Notes: a model not told the origin generated them from the letters alone. A stretch of DNA of 64,000 nucleotides from a virus (IMGVR_UViG_2880987659_000002:29-64028), one strand, 5' to 3'; numbered from the stretch's first letter, positions 53,877-63,349 are shown. Program-made: numbers and translations.

Positions 53877-54178
53877 CGTGCGCCTCCACGGCGGCCAGGT
53901 GATGGGGTGGTTTCCGTCTCCTCGGCCGCATCGCAGACGGCGCAATGGCGGCGGGACACGAGTTTTCCGGCGGTGACGCCGCTGGACTTGATCCAGGTGT
54001 GACCGGCCGAGCAGTCGGCCGGCAGGACAGGCGCCGGCGGCGCCAGGCGCGCTTCCAGCTCGGCGCGGGTGGCGGCGCTGGCCGTCTCCAGCTCGGCGAG
54101 CGCGGCGACGAGGGCGCGATCGTCATCGAGGGCGACCAGGACGCGGCCGATGGAGGAGACGAGCGCCGCCGGGTTCAT
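53873..54178 (-). CDS. Hypothetical protein with Cys/His cluster
   Basis: ATGA-coupled at both ends; C..GHTW...HCAVC. Confidence 0.6.
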   Translation of the reverse strand: MNPAALVSSIGRVLVALDDDRALVAALAELETASAATRAELEARLAPPAPVLPADCSAGHTWIKSSGVTAGKLVSRRHCAVCDAAEETETTPSPGRRGGAR

Positions 54179-54771
54179 CGGTTCTGCTCCTGGTGTCGCG
54201 CGAGGATCCGCGCTTCCAGGTGGGCCAGCTCGGCGGCAGCCGTCTTGCGCTCCAGGATGAGCGCGGACACCCGGTTGTGGGCGCTGGTGATGGTGCTGTG
54301 GTCGCAATCGAACGTGCGGGAGATCTCGTGGCGACTGCGGCGGGTCAGCCTCACGGCGGCGGCCATGGCCATCCGCCGCGCGTTGGAGGTGGCGCGGGCG
54401 CGCTTACCCGTCAGGCGCAGTTCCTGGACAGGACAGCGATAAATCTCCGCAGCCACCTCCAACACCAGGAGCACGGGGATCCGTGTCTCCGCGCCGCTCT
54501 CCAGGCCCGGCGCGAAGTGGCCGAGGGCGCGCAGCACGTCATGCGGCTGGATGCGCCCGTCATCGGCCACCGAGAGGATCAGGGAGACGAGCAGACGGCC
54601 GATGGCCGCATACGGATCCGCTGCCGTCGCCACCGGAGTGGCCTCGGGCGCCGCCTCCGGCGCAACCAGGCGGCGGGCCACAGCCGGCGCCGGCGCCGCG
54701 CCGCGCAGCCGCGCAGACACATCCGCATAGTGCCGCTGTGCCTCTGCTTTAGTGGCGAAGGGAGCGTCCAT
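54175..54771 (-). CDS. Protein with DnaA C-terminal-like HTH
   Basis: ARRMAM...SRHEISRTFDCDHSTI matches the DnaA domain IV signature. Confidence 0.75.
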   Translation of the reverse strand: MDAPFATKAEAQRHYADVSARLRGAAPAPAVARRLVAPEAAPEATPVATAADPYAAIGRLLVSLILSVADDGRIQPHDVLRALGHFAPGLESGAETRIPVLLVLEVAAEIYRCPVQELRLTGKRARATSNARRMAMAAAVRLTRRSRHEISRTFDCDHSTITSAHNRVSALILERKTAAAELAHLEARILARHQEQNR

Positions 54772-54780
54772 GCCCGCCCC

Positions 54781-55437
54781 CTATGCTTTCGCAAGGGCGA
54801 TTGGGATCGCCTGCATGGCGCCTTCCGCATCCGCCTCGTAGAAGCGGAAATATGTCTTGGAGCCGATGATGCGGATGCTTTCCCGGATCGCCCGCATGGC
54901 CTCCTGCCAGCGCTCGTCTTCGATCGACACCCGGAGCAGCATGAACAGGGCGGACCGGTTCACCGTTCCTGTTTTCTCAACGTCGAAGGCCATGTTCACG
55001 ATGGCGCGGATCTCGTCGCCCGAATTTGCCGCCCATTCGGCAAGGCAGGCATCCACCAGCGCCTTGGCTGCCTGCAGCTCGGGGCCGAATTCCAGCCGAT
55101 CCGCCACCTCCACCCGCACCTTGAGGCTGCCGTCATAGGAGGTGAGCGACAGGTTGCCCTTCGGCCCGCCGAGCGGCGCCCCATACTCCTGCGCCAACAG
55201 CGCCTGGAGGCTCCCCACGTCGTCGAAGCAATGCCCCCGAAAACGGGCGATCTGCGCGGAAAGATCGCGCGCGTGGCCCATCATCTTGCGGACCAGCTCA
55301 TCAATGAGCTTGTCTCGGGCGTCCACCCGAGAGAGAGGCATGAGCGCGCCCTTGGCGTCGCGCATGTACTCCTTGCCGTCGATGACCTCGACGCCAGTAG
55401 CGGCAATCGGCGCCGGCAGTTCAGTTTTCGCTTCCAT
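54781..55437 (-). CDS. DUF3164 family protein (Gam-like position)
   Basis: YMRDAKGALMP, GPKGNLSLTSYDG, FGPELQAAKALVD.C, SKTYFRFY. Confidence 0.85.
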   Translation of the reverse strand: MEAKTELPAPIAATGVEVIDGKEYMRDAKGALMPLSRVDARDKLIDELVRKMMGHARDLSAQIARFRGHCFDDVGSLQALLAQEYGAPLGGPKGNLSLTSYDGSLKVRVEVADRLEFGPELQAAKALVDACLAEWAANSGDEIRAIVNMAFDVEKTGTVNRSALFMLLRVSIEDERWQEAMRAIRESIRIIGSKTYFRFYEADAEGAMQAIPIALAKA

Positions 55438-55738
55438 TGTTTTCCTCCGGCTGGATGAAATTCACGTAGCCGGCCTGCTCCAGCAGGCCCGCGAGGGCGT
55501 GCCGGGCGAGGCTCGCCCGGTCGGTCAAGTCGAGCTGTTCGATGGTCTTCAGCAGCTCAGCGGCAGTCGCGCAGATCGTGTCCAGCATGGCCAAGCCGCA
55601 GGCCATGTTGAGGATCTGGTCGATGGACACGCTGCTGGCCTCACGCCTTGGCAGATCACTCATGGAGATCGTGGCGGCGGCGTCCACGCCGGCCTGCAGA
55701 TTGGTCCGGATCTGCGCCGGGTCGAGGGTGGCGCTCAT
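55421..55738 (-). CDS. Hypothetical early protein
   Basis: Coupled gene in the early operon. Confidence 0.6.
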   Translation of the reverse strand: MSATLDPAQIRTNLQAGVDAAATISMSDLPRREASSVSIDQILNMACGLAMLDTICATAAELLKTIEQLDLTDRASLARHALAGLLEQAGYVNFIQPEENNGSEN

Positions 55739-56037
55739 GCTGCGCCCCCCGGAAACGGCACCACGTCCGCGCTGCTCCGGCGGCCGATGAACGCCGACAG
55801 GTCCACCACCTGGCCGGACGGGCCGAGCCGGTGCACGTCCTCGGCCATCTGCTTATTGACCTCGTGCTCGGCCGCGATCCGCTCCAGCGCCTTTGCCATT
55901 TCCCGGCAGTGGAGGAGGAGCACGACCGCCATCAGGACCGCCGCCGGCTCCAGGGTGGCTGTGCTGGTCACATACGGCGCCAGCTTGTCCGCCAGCTCGC
56001 TGAGAGTGGTGGAGAGGGGGCGATCGGGCGCGGTCAT
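55735..56037 (-). CDS. Hypothetical early protein
   Basis: ATGA-coupled at both ends. Confidence 0.6.
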   Translation of the reverse strand: MTAPDRPLSTTLSELADKLAPYVTSTATLEPAAVLMAVVLLLHCREMAKALERIAAEHEVNKQMAEDVHRLGPSGQVVDLSAFIGRRSSADVVPFPGGAA

Positions 56038-56411
56038 TGGCCGTCCTTTCGCTGGCGGTTGGGGCAGTCCTTGCAGGCCCGGTTCAGGCGCACCGCGACA
56101 GACGAGGCGGTCGAGAAGGGCTTGGCCTGCTCGTCAATGCAGCGGTCCCGGCCGATCTCGCCGAGCACGGGACACGCCACGGTGGCGCCCATCAGCGCGC
56201 CCCGGACCCGCGCCTCCAGCTTGGCCATGTCCCCCGGATAGCGCCTGCCCAGGGCGCCGGAGAGCATGGAGCCGGAGACGCTGAGGCGCTTGGCAACAGC
56301 GGCCTGGCTGTCCACCTGGCAGGCGCTGACGAGCGCAAGGATCCAGTCCGGCGGGGTGCCCCAGGCCGCTTGCGCACGGGCCATAAAGTCGGTGGCCTGG
56401 CGGGCGGTCAC
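56034..56411 (-). CDS. HTH early protein with Cys cluster
   Basis: SQAAVAKRLSVSGSMLS..YPGD, VACPVLGEI..C. Confidence 0.75.
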   Translation of the reverse strand: MTARQATDFMARAQAAWGTPPDWILALVSACQVDSQAAVAKRLSVSGSMLSGALGRRYPGDMAKLEARVRGALMGATVACPVLGEIGRDRCIDEQAKPFSTASSVAVRLNRACKDCPNRQRKDGQ

Positions 56412-57046
56412 GACCGCACCTCCTCGGCCGGAGAGCTGGCCCCGGCGACCTTCTTGATGTTGGGATCCCAGACAAACTTGGTCCGCATGATCTGCGGTGC
56501 GCTCGGCCCTGTGTTCCGCGACGGCAAAAGGCGGACCTGCGCGGGCGTGCCCCCGCGCGCGGGTCGGATCACCTTGAGATATCCGGCGGTGATCAACCGC
56601 CGCACATAGTCCTTGGCGGCTGCGGGCGACACGGCCACCTCGTCAGTGGAGGCGGACATGGCCAGCTCCAGAGCGGTGAAGCTCGCGAGCGCTCGCATGG
56701 CGTTCCACATCTGTTGCTGGCCGGTCGTCTTCAGCAGGCGGCCGTCACGGCCGAAACGCGGTGCGGCTGGAGGGCGGCGCAGCAGGCGATGGAGCGTGAC
56801 GACACCGGGGACAACCGGGCTGCGCGACGGGCGCTCACCCACCACCTCGGCATAGCCGTTGCTGACCAGCGCGGCGGTGTAGCGGAGCAGCGACGAATGA
56901 TCCGCCTCGGAGGCAGATGCCACATCGGTGACCGCCCATGGCCCGGCCGCATCGAGCTTCAGGGCGGCGGCCCAGGCGGCCTCAAGCGTGCGGGGCAGCT
57001 CGACTTGCAGATTGGCGAGCACGGAGGGAGAGCGGCGCCCCATCAC
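56408..57046 (-). CDS. Double winged-helix early protein
   Basis: GQQQMWNAMRAL..FT..ELA, Y...L..AGYL, GPSAPQI; typical position after MuB. Confidence 0.75.
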   Translation of the reverse strand: MMGRRSPSVLANLQVELPRTLEAAWAAALKLDAAGPWAVTDVASASEADHSSLLRYTAALVSNGYAEVVGERPSRSPVVPGVVTLHRLLRRPPAAPRFGRDGRLLKTTGQQQMWNAMRALASFTALELAMSASTDEVAVSPAAAKDYVRRLITAGYLKVIRPARGGTPAQVRLLPSRNTGPSAPQIMRTKFVWDPNIKKVAGASSPAEEVRS

Positions 57047-57822
57047 GCGCCCCGACCAAACTTGCGGGCCGAAGGGGCGCGGCTCTCAAAAAACTCGGTG
57101 TCGCCCCAGCTCGCCAGCGTCAGGTTCGATACCCCCCGGCGCCGGGCCACCTCGGCGGCGCGCACGAGGTTGACCACGATGCGACGGGCACGCCCCTCCG
57201 AGCGGCGCACGATCTCAGACAGCAGATCGTCGGCGATCTCCGCGTCCGGGCAGAGCTGCGTCGCGAACGAGCGGGCGTCATCGAGATCCGAAGGCTGCGC
57301 CGGCACCCAATCGAGCACGCGGTTGTGCACGCGTTCAAACGGCTGGATTTTGGAGGGGAGCAATTCCTCCCCGATCAGGATGACCGGGGCCGTGGACGTG
57401 CTCTGGATCGAGCGCACCGTCTCGATCAGCCCCCGCTCCACGAGATTGTCGGCCTCGTCCACGATCAGCGGGCGGCTGGGGTCGTCACCGAGGATCCGAA
57501 TGACCTCCTCGGCCATGTCGGAGATCGTGCCCTTCGCCACCTGGCCGGCCTCGGCCAAGATGTTCTTGAGCAGGGTTTTTTTCGTCCAGTAGTCCCGAAC
57601 TTCGACACGCAACGCCTTCGTCTTGTTCTGGGCGAAGATGCTTGCGTACGTCTTCCCGAAGCCCGATGGCCCGTGGAAAACCCCGATGCCCGGCGCATCG
57701 GGATCGCGCTCGATCAACTTGCGCGTCAGAGCCATGAACTGCGCGACATTGGCCGTCGCGATCGGCCCGCGAACGGGCGCCCCACCTGCATTCAGCATTC
57801 TTTTCGTCCCTTCCCACATCAT
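57043..57822 (-). CDS. Transposition ATPase (MuB-like AAA+)
   Basis: GPSGFGKT Walker A, LIVDEAD Walker B, VILIGEE. Confidence 0.92.
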   Translation of the reverse strand: MMWEGTKRMLNAGGAPVRGPIATANVAQFMALTRKLIERDPDAPGIGVFHGPSGFGKTYASIFAQNKTKALRVEVRDYWTKKTLLKNILAEAGQVAKGTISDMAEEVIRILGDDPSRPLIVDEADNLVERGLIETVRSIQSTSTAPVILIGEELLPSKIQPFERVHNRVLDWVPAQPSDLDDARSFATQLCPDAEIADDLLSEIVRRSEGRARRIVVNLVRAAEVARRRGVSNLTLASWGDTEFFESRAPSARKFGRGA

Positions 57823-59978
57823 CCCGCCGTAGCGGTTCCCACGGTCCCCACCGGATCCCCGAAGGTCTCCCGGAAAGCTCGGTATTCTGGGTCGCGCACG
57901 TACCCGACGAGGAAGCGCGTCTCGTCGGCTGTCAGGGTCTCGCCACGGGCGAGCCGCTGCTCCAGGGCGCAGGCCCGGTTGTAGCGTTGACGCGGTGTTT
58001 CCTCGGTGCGCAGCGGCACCACGGCGGCCATGTCGGCGGCGAGCTGGGCGCGCAGGGCGCGCGCCTCGTCGGACACGCTGGGCGCCTGCACGGGGGCGAC
58101 AGCCTGGGCCGCCGCGTCGAGCTGCGGCGTGGTGTGAGCGACGGTGCGCTTCGGCAGATCGACCAGCGTCCCGGCTCGGCGGGCAGCGTCTCTCAGGACT
58201 AGGTCCACCACCGCCGTCCCCCGCCCGATACGACGTGCTTCTTTGCGGATGGGCGCCGTCTGCACGGCGATATGCTCCGCCTGCGCGCGCTTCTTAGCGG
58301 CGACGGCCGCCTTCGGGTCGGTCCCATCCAGCGCGGGGCAATTCGCATCGCCTAGATACTCGGCGCCGGTCGGGTCGAAGACGAGCACGCGCCCCAGATT
58401 CATGGGGTCCATGCGCACCAGAACTTGGTCACCAGGCTGCACATGGGCGGGCACATGGTAATAAGCGTGGTTGATGAGCAGGCCATATTTAGAGACCACG
58501 CGCAGGCCGTTGCGCCCGGCCAGCGGCGCCAGCAGCACATCCAGTGCATTCGCATCAACCATGCGGATGGCATCGCTTGAGGCGCTGGCCACCTGGAAGA
58601 CCGTGCGTCGCGCAAGGCCCTCGTGTGGCCGGTGCTCGTACACCAGCCGGATCCACTCGTCCGCCTTCGTCTGCACGTCAGCGGCTGTGAGCTTTACCTC
58701 CAGCAATTGCCGGTCATCCGTGCCCAGGCGCGCCGAAAATGCCCGCCGGCCCTCGATCTTCTTCCGATCCGCCACGCTATGGCCGATGTAACCGTCCAGC
58801 AGCGGCACGAAACCGTGTTGGAACGTCTTGATAGCGCTTTCGACGTGGGGCTTTTCGTTCGGCTCGAACGGTCGGCAGGTCACATGATCGAGGCGGATCG
58901 AGGCGAACAGGCCCTTCGTCGCCTTGGCCACGAAGTCGCTGCCATTGTCCGTTTTCACCTCGTGGGGGACGCCCCAGGCGAGCAGCGCCCGCCGCATTAG
59001 CAACCCTACGGCCGAGGCGCGCGGCGTGCGCGATAGATAGACCATCATCCGGCGCGAGAAGACGTCCACTGCCACGTAGACGCTGTACCGCCCATCCACA
59101 CAGAGCATGTCCAGCGGGCTCGCATCAAGCATCCAGAGCTGGTTCACTCGCGTGATGTGGGAGAGCGAGTTGCGCCCGCTCACCTTGTATTTGCTGCGGT
59201 ACCCATCGGGGTCCGTCATCTGCGTGAGAGGGACTTTGTATTCGTCTTTCCAGCTATTTAAGGCGTCCTGGAAGGTGCGCAGCGAAGGCACCGGTAACAA
59301 CTCGCCGCCGGGGGCGGAAAGCTCGCCCCCAAACTCTCCGCCCACCATGCGCCGTATCTGGTCGGCGCTGAAAAACGGGTTCTTCACCAACAGCGCGAGG
59401 CAGAAGGTCTTAACCGCACCGTTATTCGCGGTTTCCAGCAGGCCCTTGCCCCTGCGCGCGGCCCCCTTGTCCACCGCAAGCCGATGCGTGGCCCCAGCCT
59501 CCCGCGCGGCGCGCCAGCGGGCGAGCGTGCGCGGCGTGAGCGAGGGCACCGCCTCCCTGATCCAGGGCTCGACCGCGACTTGATCGAGATTGTAGCCCGT
59601 TGCGAAAACATGATCCGCCCGCTTCCGGCCGAGCCGCGCCTCCTCTGCCGCGCGATCCGCCGCCGCCAGCAGGATGAGGCGCGCGTTCCGGTGCTCCGCC
59701 GCCCGTGCAACTGGCTGGGGTGCCGGCTGCACGTCCACCGGAGCGGGCAGCCCCACCGTTTCCGGCACCCCAAGCACGCGGATGTTCCGGCCCACATAGG
59801 CCGCACGCGCCGCGACGGGCAGCGCGGAGAGCGGATATTCACGCCCGCCGCCAGAGGCGGCCCGTTCCCTAGACGGCCAGTTGGCGTTGGCGGCGCGACG
59901 AATGACACCACTCTTCGTCGCCGGCAGTTCCGGCAATTGGAGGGAGGCGATTTCGGCTGCTGTGAACCACTGTTTCAC
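57819..59978 (-). CDS. DDE transposase (MuA-like)
   Basis: Mu-type N-terminal HTH (WFTAAEIA..LP..GGGREY); WMLDAS, KTDNGSDF, KPHVES form the D-D-E triad. Confidence 0.95.
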   Translation of the reverse strand: MKQWFTAAEIASLQLPELPATKSGVIRRAANANWPSRERAASGGGREYPLSALPVAARAAYVGRNIRVLGVPETVGLPAPVDVQPAPQPVARAAEHRNARLILLAAADRAAEEARLGRKRADHVFATGYNLDQVAVEPWIREAVPSLTPRTLARWRAAREAGATHRLAVDKGAARRGKGLLETANNGAVKTFCLALLVKNPFFSADQIRRMVGGEFGGELSAPGGELLPVPSLRTFQDALNSWKDEYKVPLTQMTDPDGYRSKYKVSGRNSLSHITRVNQLWMLDASPLDMLCVDGRYSVYVAVDVFSRRMMVYLSRTPRASAVGLLMRRALLAWGVPHEVKTDNGSDFVAKATKGLFASIRLDHVTCRPFEPNEKPHVESAIKTFQHGFVPLLDGYIGHSVADRKKIEGRRAFSARLGTDDRQLLEVKLTAADVQTKADEWIRLVYEHRPHEGLARRTVFQVASASSDAIRMVDANALDVLLAPLAGRNGLRVVSKYGLLINHAYYHVPAHVQPGDQVLVRMDPMNLGRVLVFDPTGAEYLGDANCPALDGTDPKAAVAAKKRAQAEHIAVQTAPIRKEARRIGRGTAVVDLVLRDAARRAGTLVDLPKRTVAHTTPQLDAAAQAVAPVQAPSVSDEARALRAQLAADMAAVVPLRTEETPRQRYNRACALEQRLARGETLTADETRFLVGYVRDPEYRAFRETFGDPVGTVGTATAG

Positions 59979-60430
59979 CGCTTGGCCCTCCACTCGGCGT
60001 CGGCGGCACGCTCTTCCTGCTCCAGCCGTTCACGCAGTTCGCGCGCTCGTTCGCGGCGCAGAAGGGCTTCGTATTTCCGGTCAATCGCGATGAGGCCGGC
60101 TTCGCCCAGAATGAGGTTCAGCGCACGCGCATCGCCCGTGATGGTGACGAGCCCGATCAGCCGGAGGGCGCTGATCGCATGCGGCTTCTCCGGGCTGGCA
60201 TAGTTATCCAGCATGCCTTTCGACACCCGTTCCCCGATCCGCTCGGACAGCAGATCCGCAAGAGCTTCACGTCCCCGCCCATCCTCATCGAGCGTCAGGG
60301 CGATTGCTCGCGACAGCCGGCGCGCCTCGGTCCACGCCCGCACGTCCGCTTCTACGAACCTCGGCACGACAGGCTGAGGTTCGTAGTCCCGGAAGAGATC
60401 GAGCGTGGATCTGTCGGGCCGCCGTACCAT
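59975..60430 (-). CDS. Phage regulatory protein (CII-like HTH)
   Basis: REALADLLSERIGERVSKGMLDNYAS..HAISA; coupled to the transposase. Confidence 0.7.
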   Translation of the reverse strand: MVRRPDRSTLDLFRDYEPQPVVPRFVEADVRAWTEARRLSRAIALTLDEDGRGREALADLLSERIGERVSKGMLDNYASPEKPHAISALRLIGLVTITGDARALNLILGEAGLIAIDRKYEALLRRERARELRERLEQEERAADAEWRAKR

Positions 60431-60432
60431 GG

Positions 60433-60795
60433 TCAGTCGCCCCCGCCGGATTGAGCGGTCAGGAGATAGCCGCGCCCATGGACTGCACGCACATCAAGCC
60501 CGAGAGCGGACATGACGGGCCGCACTTCGCGATAGATGACATCACGCACCGACCTGTCAGACGGACCGCCATCCTCGCGTTCGCCATAAGCCCACTCATG
60601 CAGCGAGGAGTGGCTTACGAGGCGCCCCTGGGCAGACAGCAGTAGCGTTGCAAGCCGGTGGATGCCTGGGCGAACATACCCCCCCTTAGAGCCGCGACGG
60701 ATGGTGTGATCCGCGAAGTTCACCACGACAGCGTCCGCCGAAAAGGTCGGTGAGCCGTTGGGCCAGATCCCGAGGATTACGGGGGCGCGGCTCAT
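60433..60795 (-). CDS. OmpR/PhoB-type winged-helix protein
   Basis: LATLLLSAQGRLVSH..LHEWAYG..DGGP, VRAVHGRGYLL. Confidence 0.8.
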   Translation of the reverse strand: MSRAPVILGIWPNGSPTFSADAVVVNFADHTIRRGSKGGYVRPGIHRLATLLLSAQGRLVSHSSLHEWAYGEREDGGPSDRSVRDVIYREVRPVMSALGLDVRAVHGRGYLLTAQSGGGD

Positions 60796-61199
60796 GCAGC
60801 GCCCCCAAAATATGCGGGAAAATATGTGTGACGGGCGGGGCGCTTGTCAGGGCTGAGAGACCCGCCCGTCACGTCCCCTATGCTCAGCGTTGCCACAACT
60901 GAGTCGAGGGAACTGGAAATGGATGAGGAAGACGCGCGGATCGCGCATGCCAATGCGAATGCGTTGGAGGAGCCAGCTTTCTGGCATGCCCTCGCAGTGC
61001 TCACCCCAATGTCGGTGATGGCCGAACTGATCGCCGAGCTGATCGAAGAAGGCGTGCTCAAGCCAGAGCGCGCCAAAAGGCTCATGGAACGCTTCGATTT
61101 CGCCTTGGCGAGCTGGGACGGGCTCGCCCCAGTCATGACCATGAAGGAGGTCGGGCCGCCAAGGGCACGCATTCGCCGGGCTCTGGGCGAATAGGTCAT
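60792..61199 (-). CDS. Possible coupled ORF antisense to 60919..61194
   Basis: ATGA overlaps at both ends, but Ser-rich, shadow-like composition. Confidence 0.35.
   Translation of the reverse strand: MTYSPRARRMRALGGPTSFMVMTGASPSQLAKAKSKRSMSLLARSGLSTPSSISSAISSAITDIGVSTARACQKAGSSNAFALACAIRASSSSISSSLDSVVATLSIGDVTGGSLSPDKRPARHTYFPAYFGGAA
60919..61194 (+). CDS. Small helical protein encoded against the early operon
   Basis: GAGGG RBS, globular composition (ELIAELIEEGVLKPERAKRLMERF). Confidence 0.6.
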   Translation: MDEEDARIAHANANALEEPAFWHALAVLTPMSVMAELIAELIEEGVLKPERAKRLMERFDFALASWDGLAPVMTMKEVGPPRARIRRALGE

Positions 61200-61657
61200 C
61201 GGGGCAACTCCAGGCCCCAGCGGTGCGCACGCTCCTCAATCAGCTTCCGTTCGGGCGCATTGCTGGGAAGATGGGCAGTCCGATCCACCTCGCGCTCAAG
61301 CCACTCGCGACGGGCTTCGCGCTCCAGGTAGGCGTACGCATCATCCTGGCCGTACCAATTCAAGTTCCCGCTGAGCGAAACGAGGGAGGCGGCGGCATAT
61401 TCGACGCTGTCGTAGATCTGCCCCTTCTCGTCGTGGGACTCGCCGGCATCATTGAGGGTGTCCAGCAGCCACTGCATTGCCCGAAGCAAGCGGGCATGAT
61501 CTTCAGCAGCGTTGACCGCCTTCACGGCCGTACGCGCATCTGCCGGATTGAGGAACTTCGCAACCGGCCGGGTTTGATCGATCATGCCGACGCTGTCGGC
61601 AAAGACGAGGTCCGGACGGCTGTCGGACTGCGCCCAAGGCGGGTTCACTGTCTTCAT
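61196..61657 (-). CDS. Hypothetical early protein
   Basis: Coupled gene; ADARTAVKAVNA..LL. Confidence 0.65.
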   Translation of the reverse strand: MKTVNPPWAQSDSRPDLVFADSVGMIDQTRPVAKFLNPADARTAVKAVNAAEDHARLLRAMQWLLDTLNDAGESHDEKGQIYDSVEYAAASLVSLSGNLNWYGQDDAYAYLEREARREWLEREVDRTAHLPSNAPERKLIEERAHRWGLELPR

Positions 61658-61791
61658 CACAGCACCCACGCGAGCAGCCAGCCCGCGCCCATGCCCGCCA
61701 GGAGCGCCACAATGGCCGCGCCGATCATCGCGCTGCGGATTTCGTCGGCCACCTTTTCAGGGGTCGGGTGTTCGCCGGGATAGAGATCCAT
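61657..61791 (-). CDS. 44-aa single-TM peptide (absent from the ORF track)
   Basis: MDLYPGEHPTPEKVADEIRSAMIGAAIVALLAGMGAGWLLAWVL; TGATG overlaps at both ends. Confidence 0.65.
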   Translation of the reverse strand: MDLYPGEHPTPEKVADEIRSAMIGAAIVALLAGMGAGWLLAWVL

Positions 61792-61973
61792 CACAGGAGC
61801 CCTCCCAGCGCGACGGCCAGGCCCAGGAGCGCCCCCACCATCATCACGGCGGCAGCACCGATCATCACCAGCGCTGCCCCGTGGCGCGCATGGGCGAGCT
61901 GGACGGCACCGGCCTGGATGGGGTGCAGAGAGGTGTCAGCGGCCCGGCGCCGCGCGGACAGGAGCGCGCTCAT
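61791..61973 (-). CDS. 60-aa single-TM peptide
   Basis: C-terminal hydrophobic helix; ATGA-coupled to ner. Confidence 0.65.
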   Translation of the reverse strand: MSALLSARRRAADTSLHPIQAGAVQLAHARHGAALVMIGAAAVMMVGALLGLAVALGGLL

Positions 61974-62275
61974 GCAGCCGCTCCCATGTCCGAGCGCTGG
62001 CGCACGTTTTGGCTAGCCGACTCCCGCTTCGCAAGGATACGCTTCGCCCAGGGTGATAGCTTCGCATACCGCTCCGGCCAGATGACTTCGGGTGCCAGCC
62101 CGAGGAAGTCTGCAAGGGCCTTCTCGCCTGCGAGATGGCGCCGGATAAGCGCGGAGCTGCACGCGGTGAAATGGAGGCCAGCCGCTAGAGCAATCGCTCT
62201 AAGGGTGGTCTCGCGCCGGTGAACCTCGGCCCTGATGGCGTGCCTGTCCCACACGACAGGCGCCCGTTTGGTCAT
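61970..62275 (-). CDS. ner: Ner family regulator
   Basis: WDRHAIRAEVHRRETTL...GEKALADFLG...IWPERY. Confidence 0.92.
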   Translation of the reverse strand: MTKRAPVVWDRHAIRAEVHRRETTLRAIALAAGLHFTACSSALIRRHLAGEKALADFLGLAPEVIWPERYAKLSPWAKRILAKRESASQNVRQRSDMGAAA

Positions 62276-62497
62276 CCGTAATCCCTCCGGATCAGCCGGC
62301 CTGGCAGGGCCGGTTTTTTCGGGGAAAAGGGCGCATGAAGATGCGCGCCTTTATGAGCATCTGGAAGCGAATATGGAGCCGATATCGACTCTAGGCAAGG
62401 CTGATTTTCAGGCCACACCTGAGCAGCAGAGCGAATGTTCGCTCCACTCATATAAGCCATTGGTTTTATATGTAGTTTTTCTAGCAGTGACGCGCGC

Positions 62498-62530
62498 CAC
62501 ACCTGCGGCCCTGATGCGTCACACCTGCGG
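62498..62530. promoter_or_regulatory. Operator-like direct repeat between ner and the repressor
   Basis: CACACCTGCGG at 62498-62508 and 62520-62530 (22-bp period). Confidence 0.55.
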
Positions 62531-62539
62531 TGTCCTGCC

Positions 62540-63232
62540 GTGACGGGAGGCGATATATGCTCTCGCTTTCAGCGAATCAGAGCTGATACCGGCATGGGGT
62601 CGCCGAAGGCGATGTCAAAACTCCTGGGTATCGGCGACGGCGCTTGGCGCACCTATGAGGAGGGCCTCGGCACTCCCAGCTGGAGCACGCTCCAGAAACT
62701 TGTCGATCTGGGTTACAGCCCAACGTGGTTGATGACCGGCGAAGGTGAAATGAAGCTCTCGTCGGCCGCACGGCCTGCCGCCGACCTTTCGCCGGGGACT
62801 TCAGTCGCCTTGACCCGAGAAAAGGAGCGGCAATTAATTCACGCGATATCAGAGACCATAGATGGCCTTATTGCTCCTACTGGAGCACGCGTAGCGTTGT
62901 CAGACGCATTCACTGCAGCAGGGAAGATTCTCGATACAGTGGCGGGGGTGATGTTTCGTCACCCATCAGCGCCAGCGGACCCTGACAGATATAGGGACAG
63001 TGAACTTCACGCCCGTGTATTCAATGCCGTGAAGGGGTTATACAAAAGAGAAAGGGTTGCGATAAGCGATGCCAACTTGAGCGCCCGTGCCGCTCTCGTC
63101 TACGATCGGATCGTAAAGGCTGCGGACGACCGGTACTCACGCATGGCCCTGGTCGATCCGGAGGTCGAGAAGCTGAAGCAGGACATTGAGCATGATCGTG
63201 CCAATCCTGGCTCCGGCAAAGCCTCGGCCTAA
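62540..63232 (+). CDS. Prophage repressor (XRE HTH, no recognisable S24 autoprotease domain)
   Basis: Divergent from ner; WRTYEEG..PSW..L.KL...YSPTWLMTGEGEM. Confidence 0.85.
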   Translation: MTGGDICSRFQRIRADTGMGSPKAMSKLLGIGDGAWRTYEEGLGTPSWSTLQKLVDLGYSPTWLMTGEGEMKLSSAARPAADLSPGTSVALTREKERQLIHAISETIDGLIAPTGARVALSDAFTAAGKILDTVAGVMFRHPSAPADPDRYRDSELHARVFNAVKGLYKRERVAISDANLSARAALVYDRIVKAADDRYSRMALVDPEVEKLKQDIEHDRANPGSGKASA

Positions 63233-63349
63233 TGATCGTGCGCCTGCTCGCGGTGCCGCTTTTCCAGGCCATCAATGAGGCGAGCGCCATCATGGACGGG
63301 GCCGGTGGCGCCATCGCGTGCATAGATTTGTGCTTGGAATTGCTGACTT

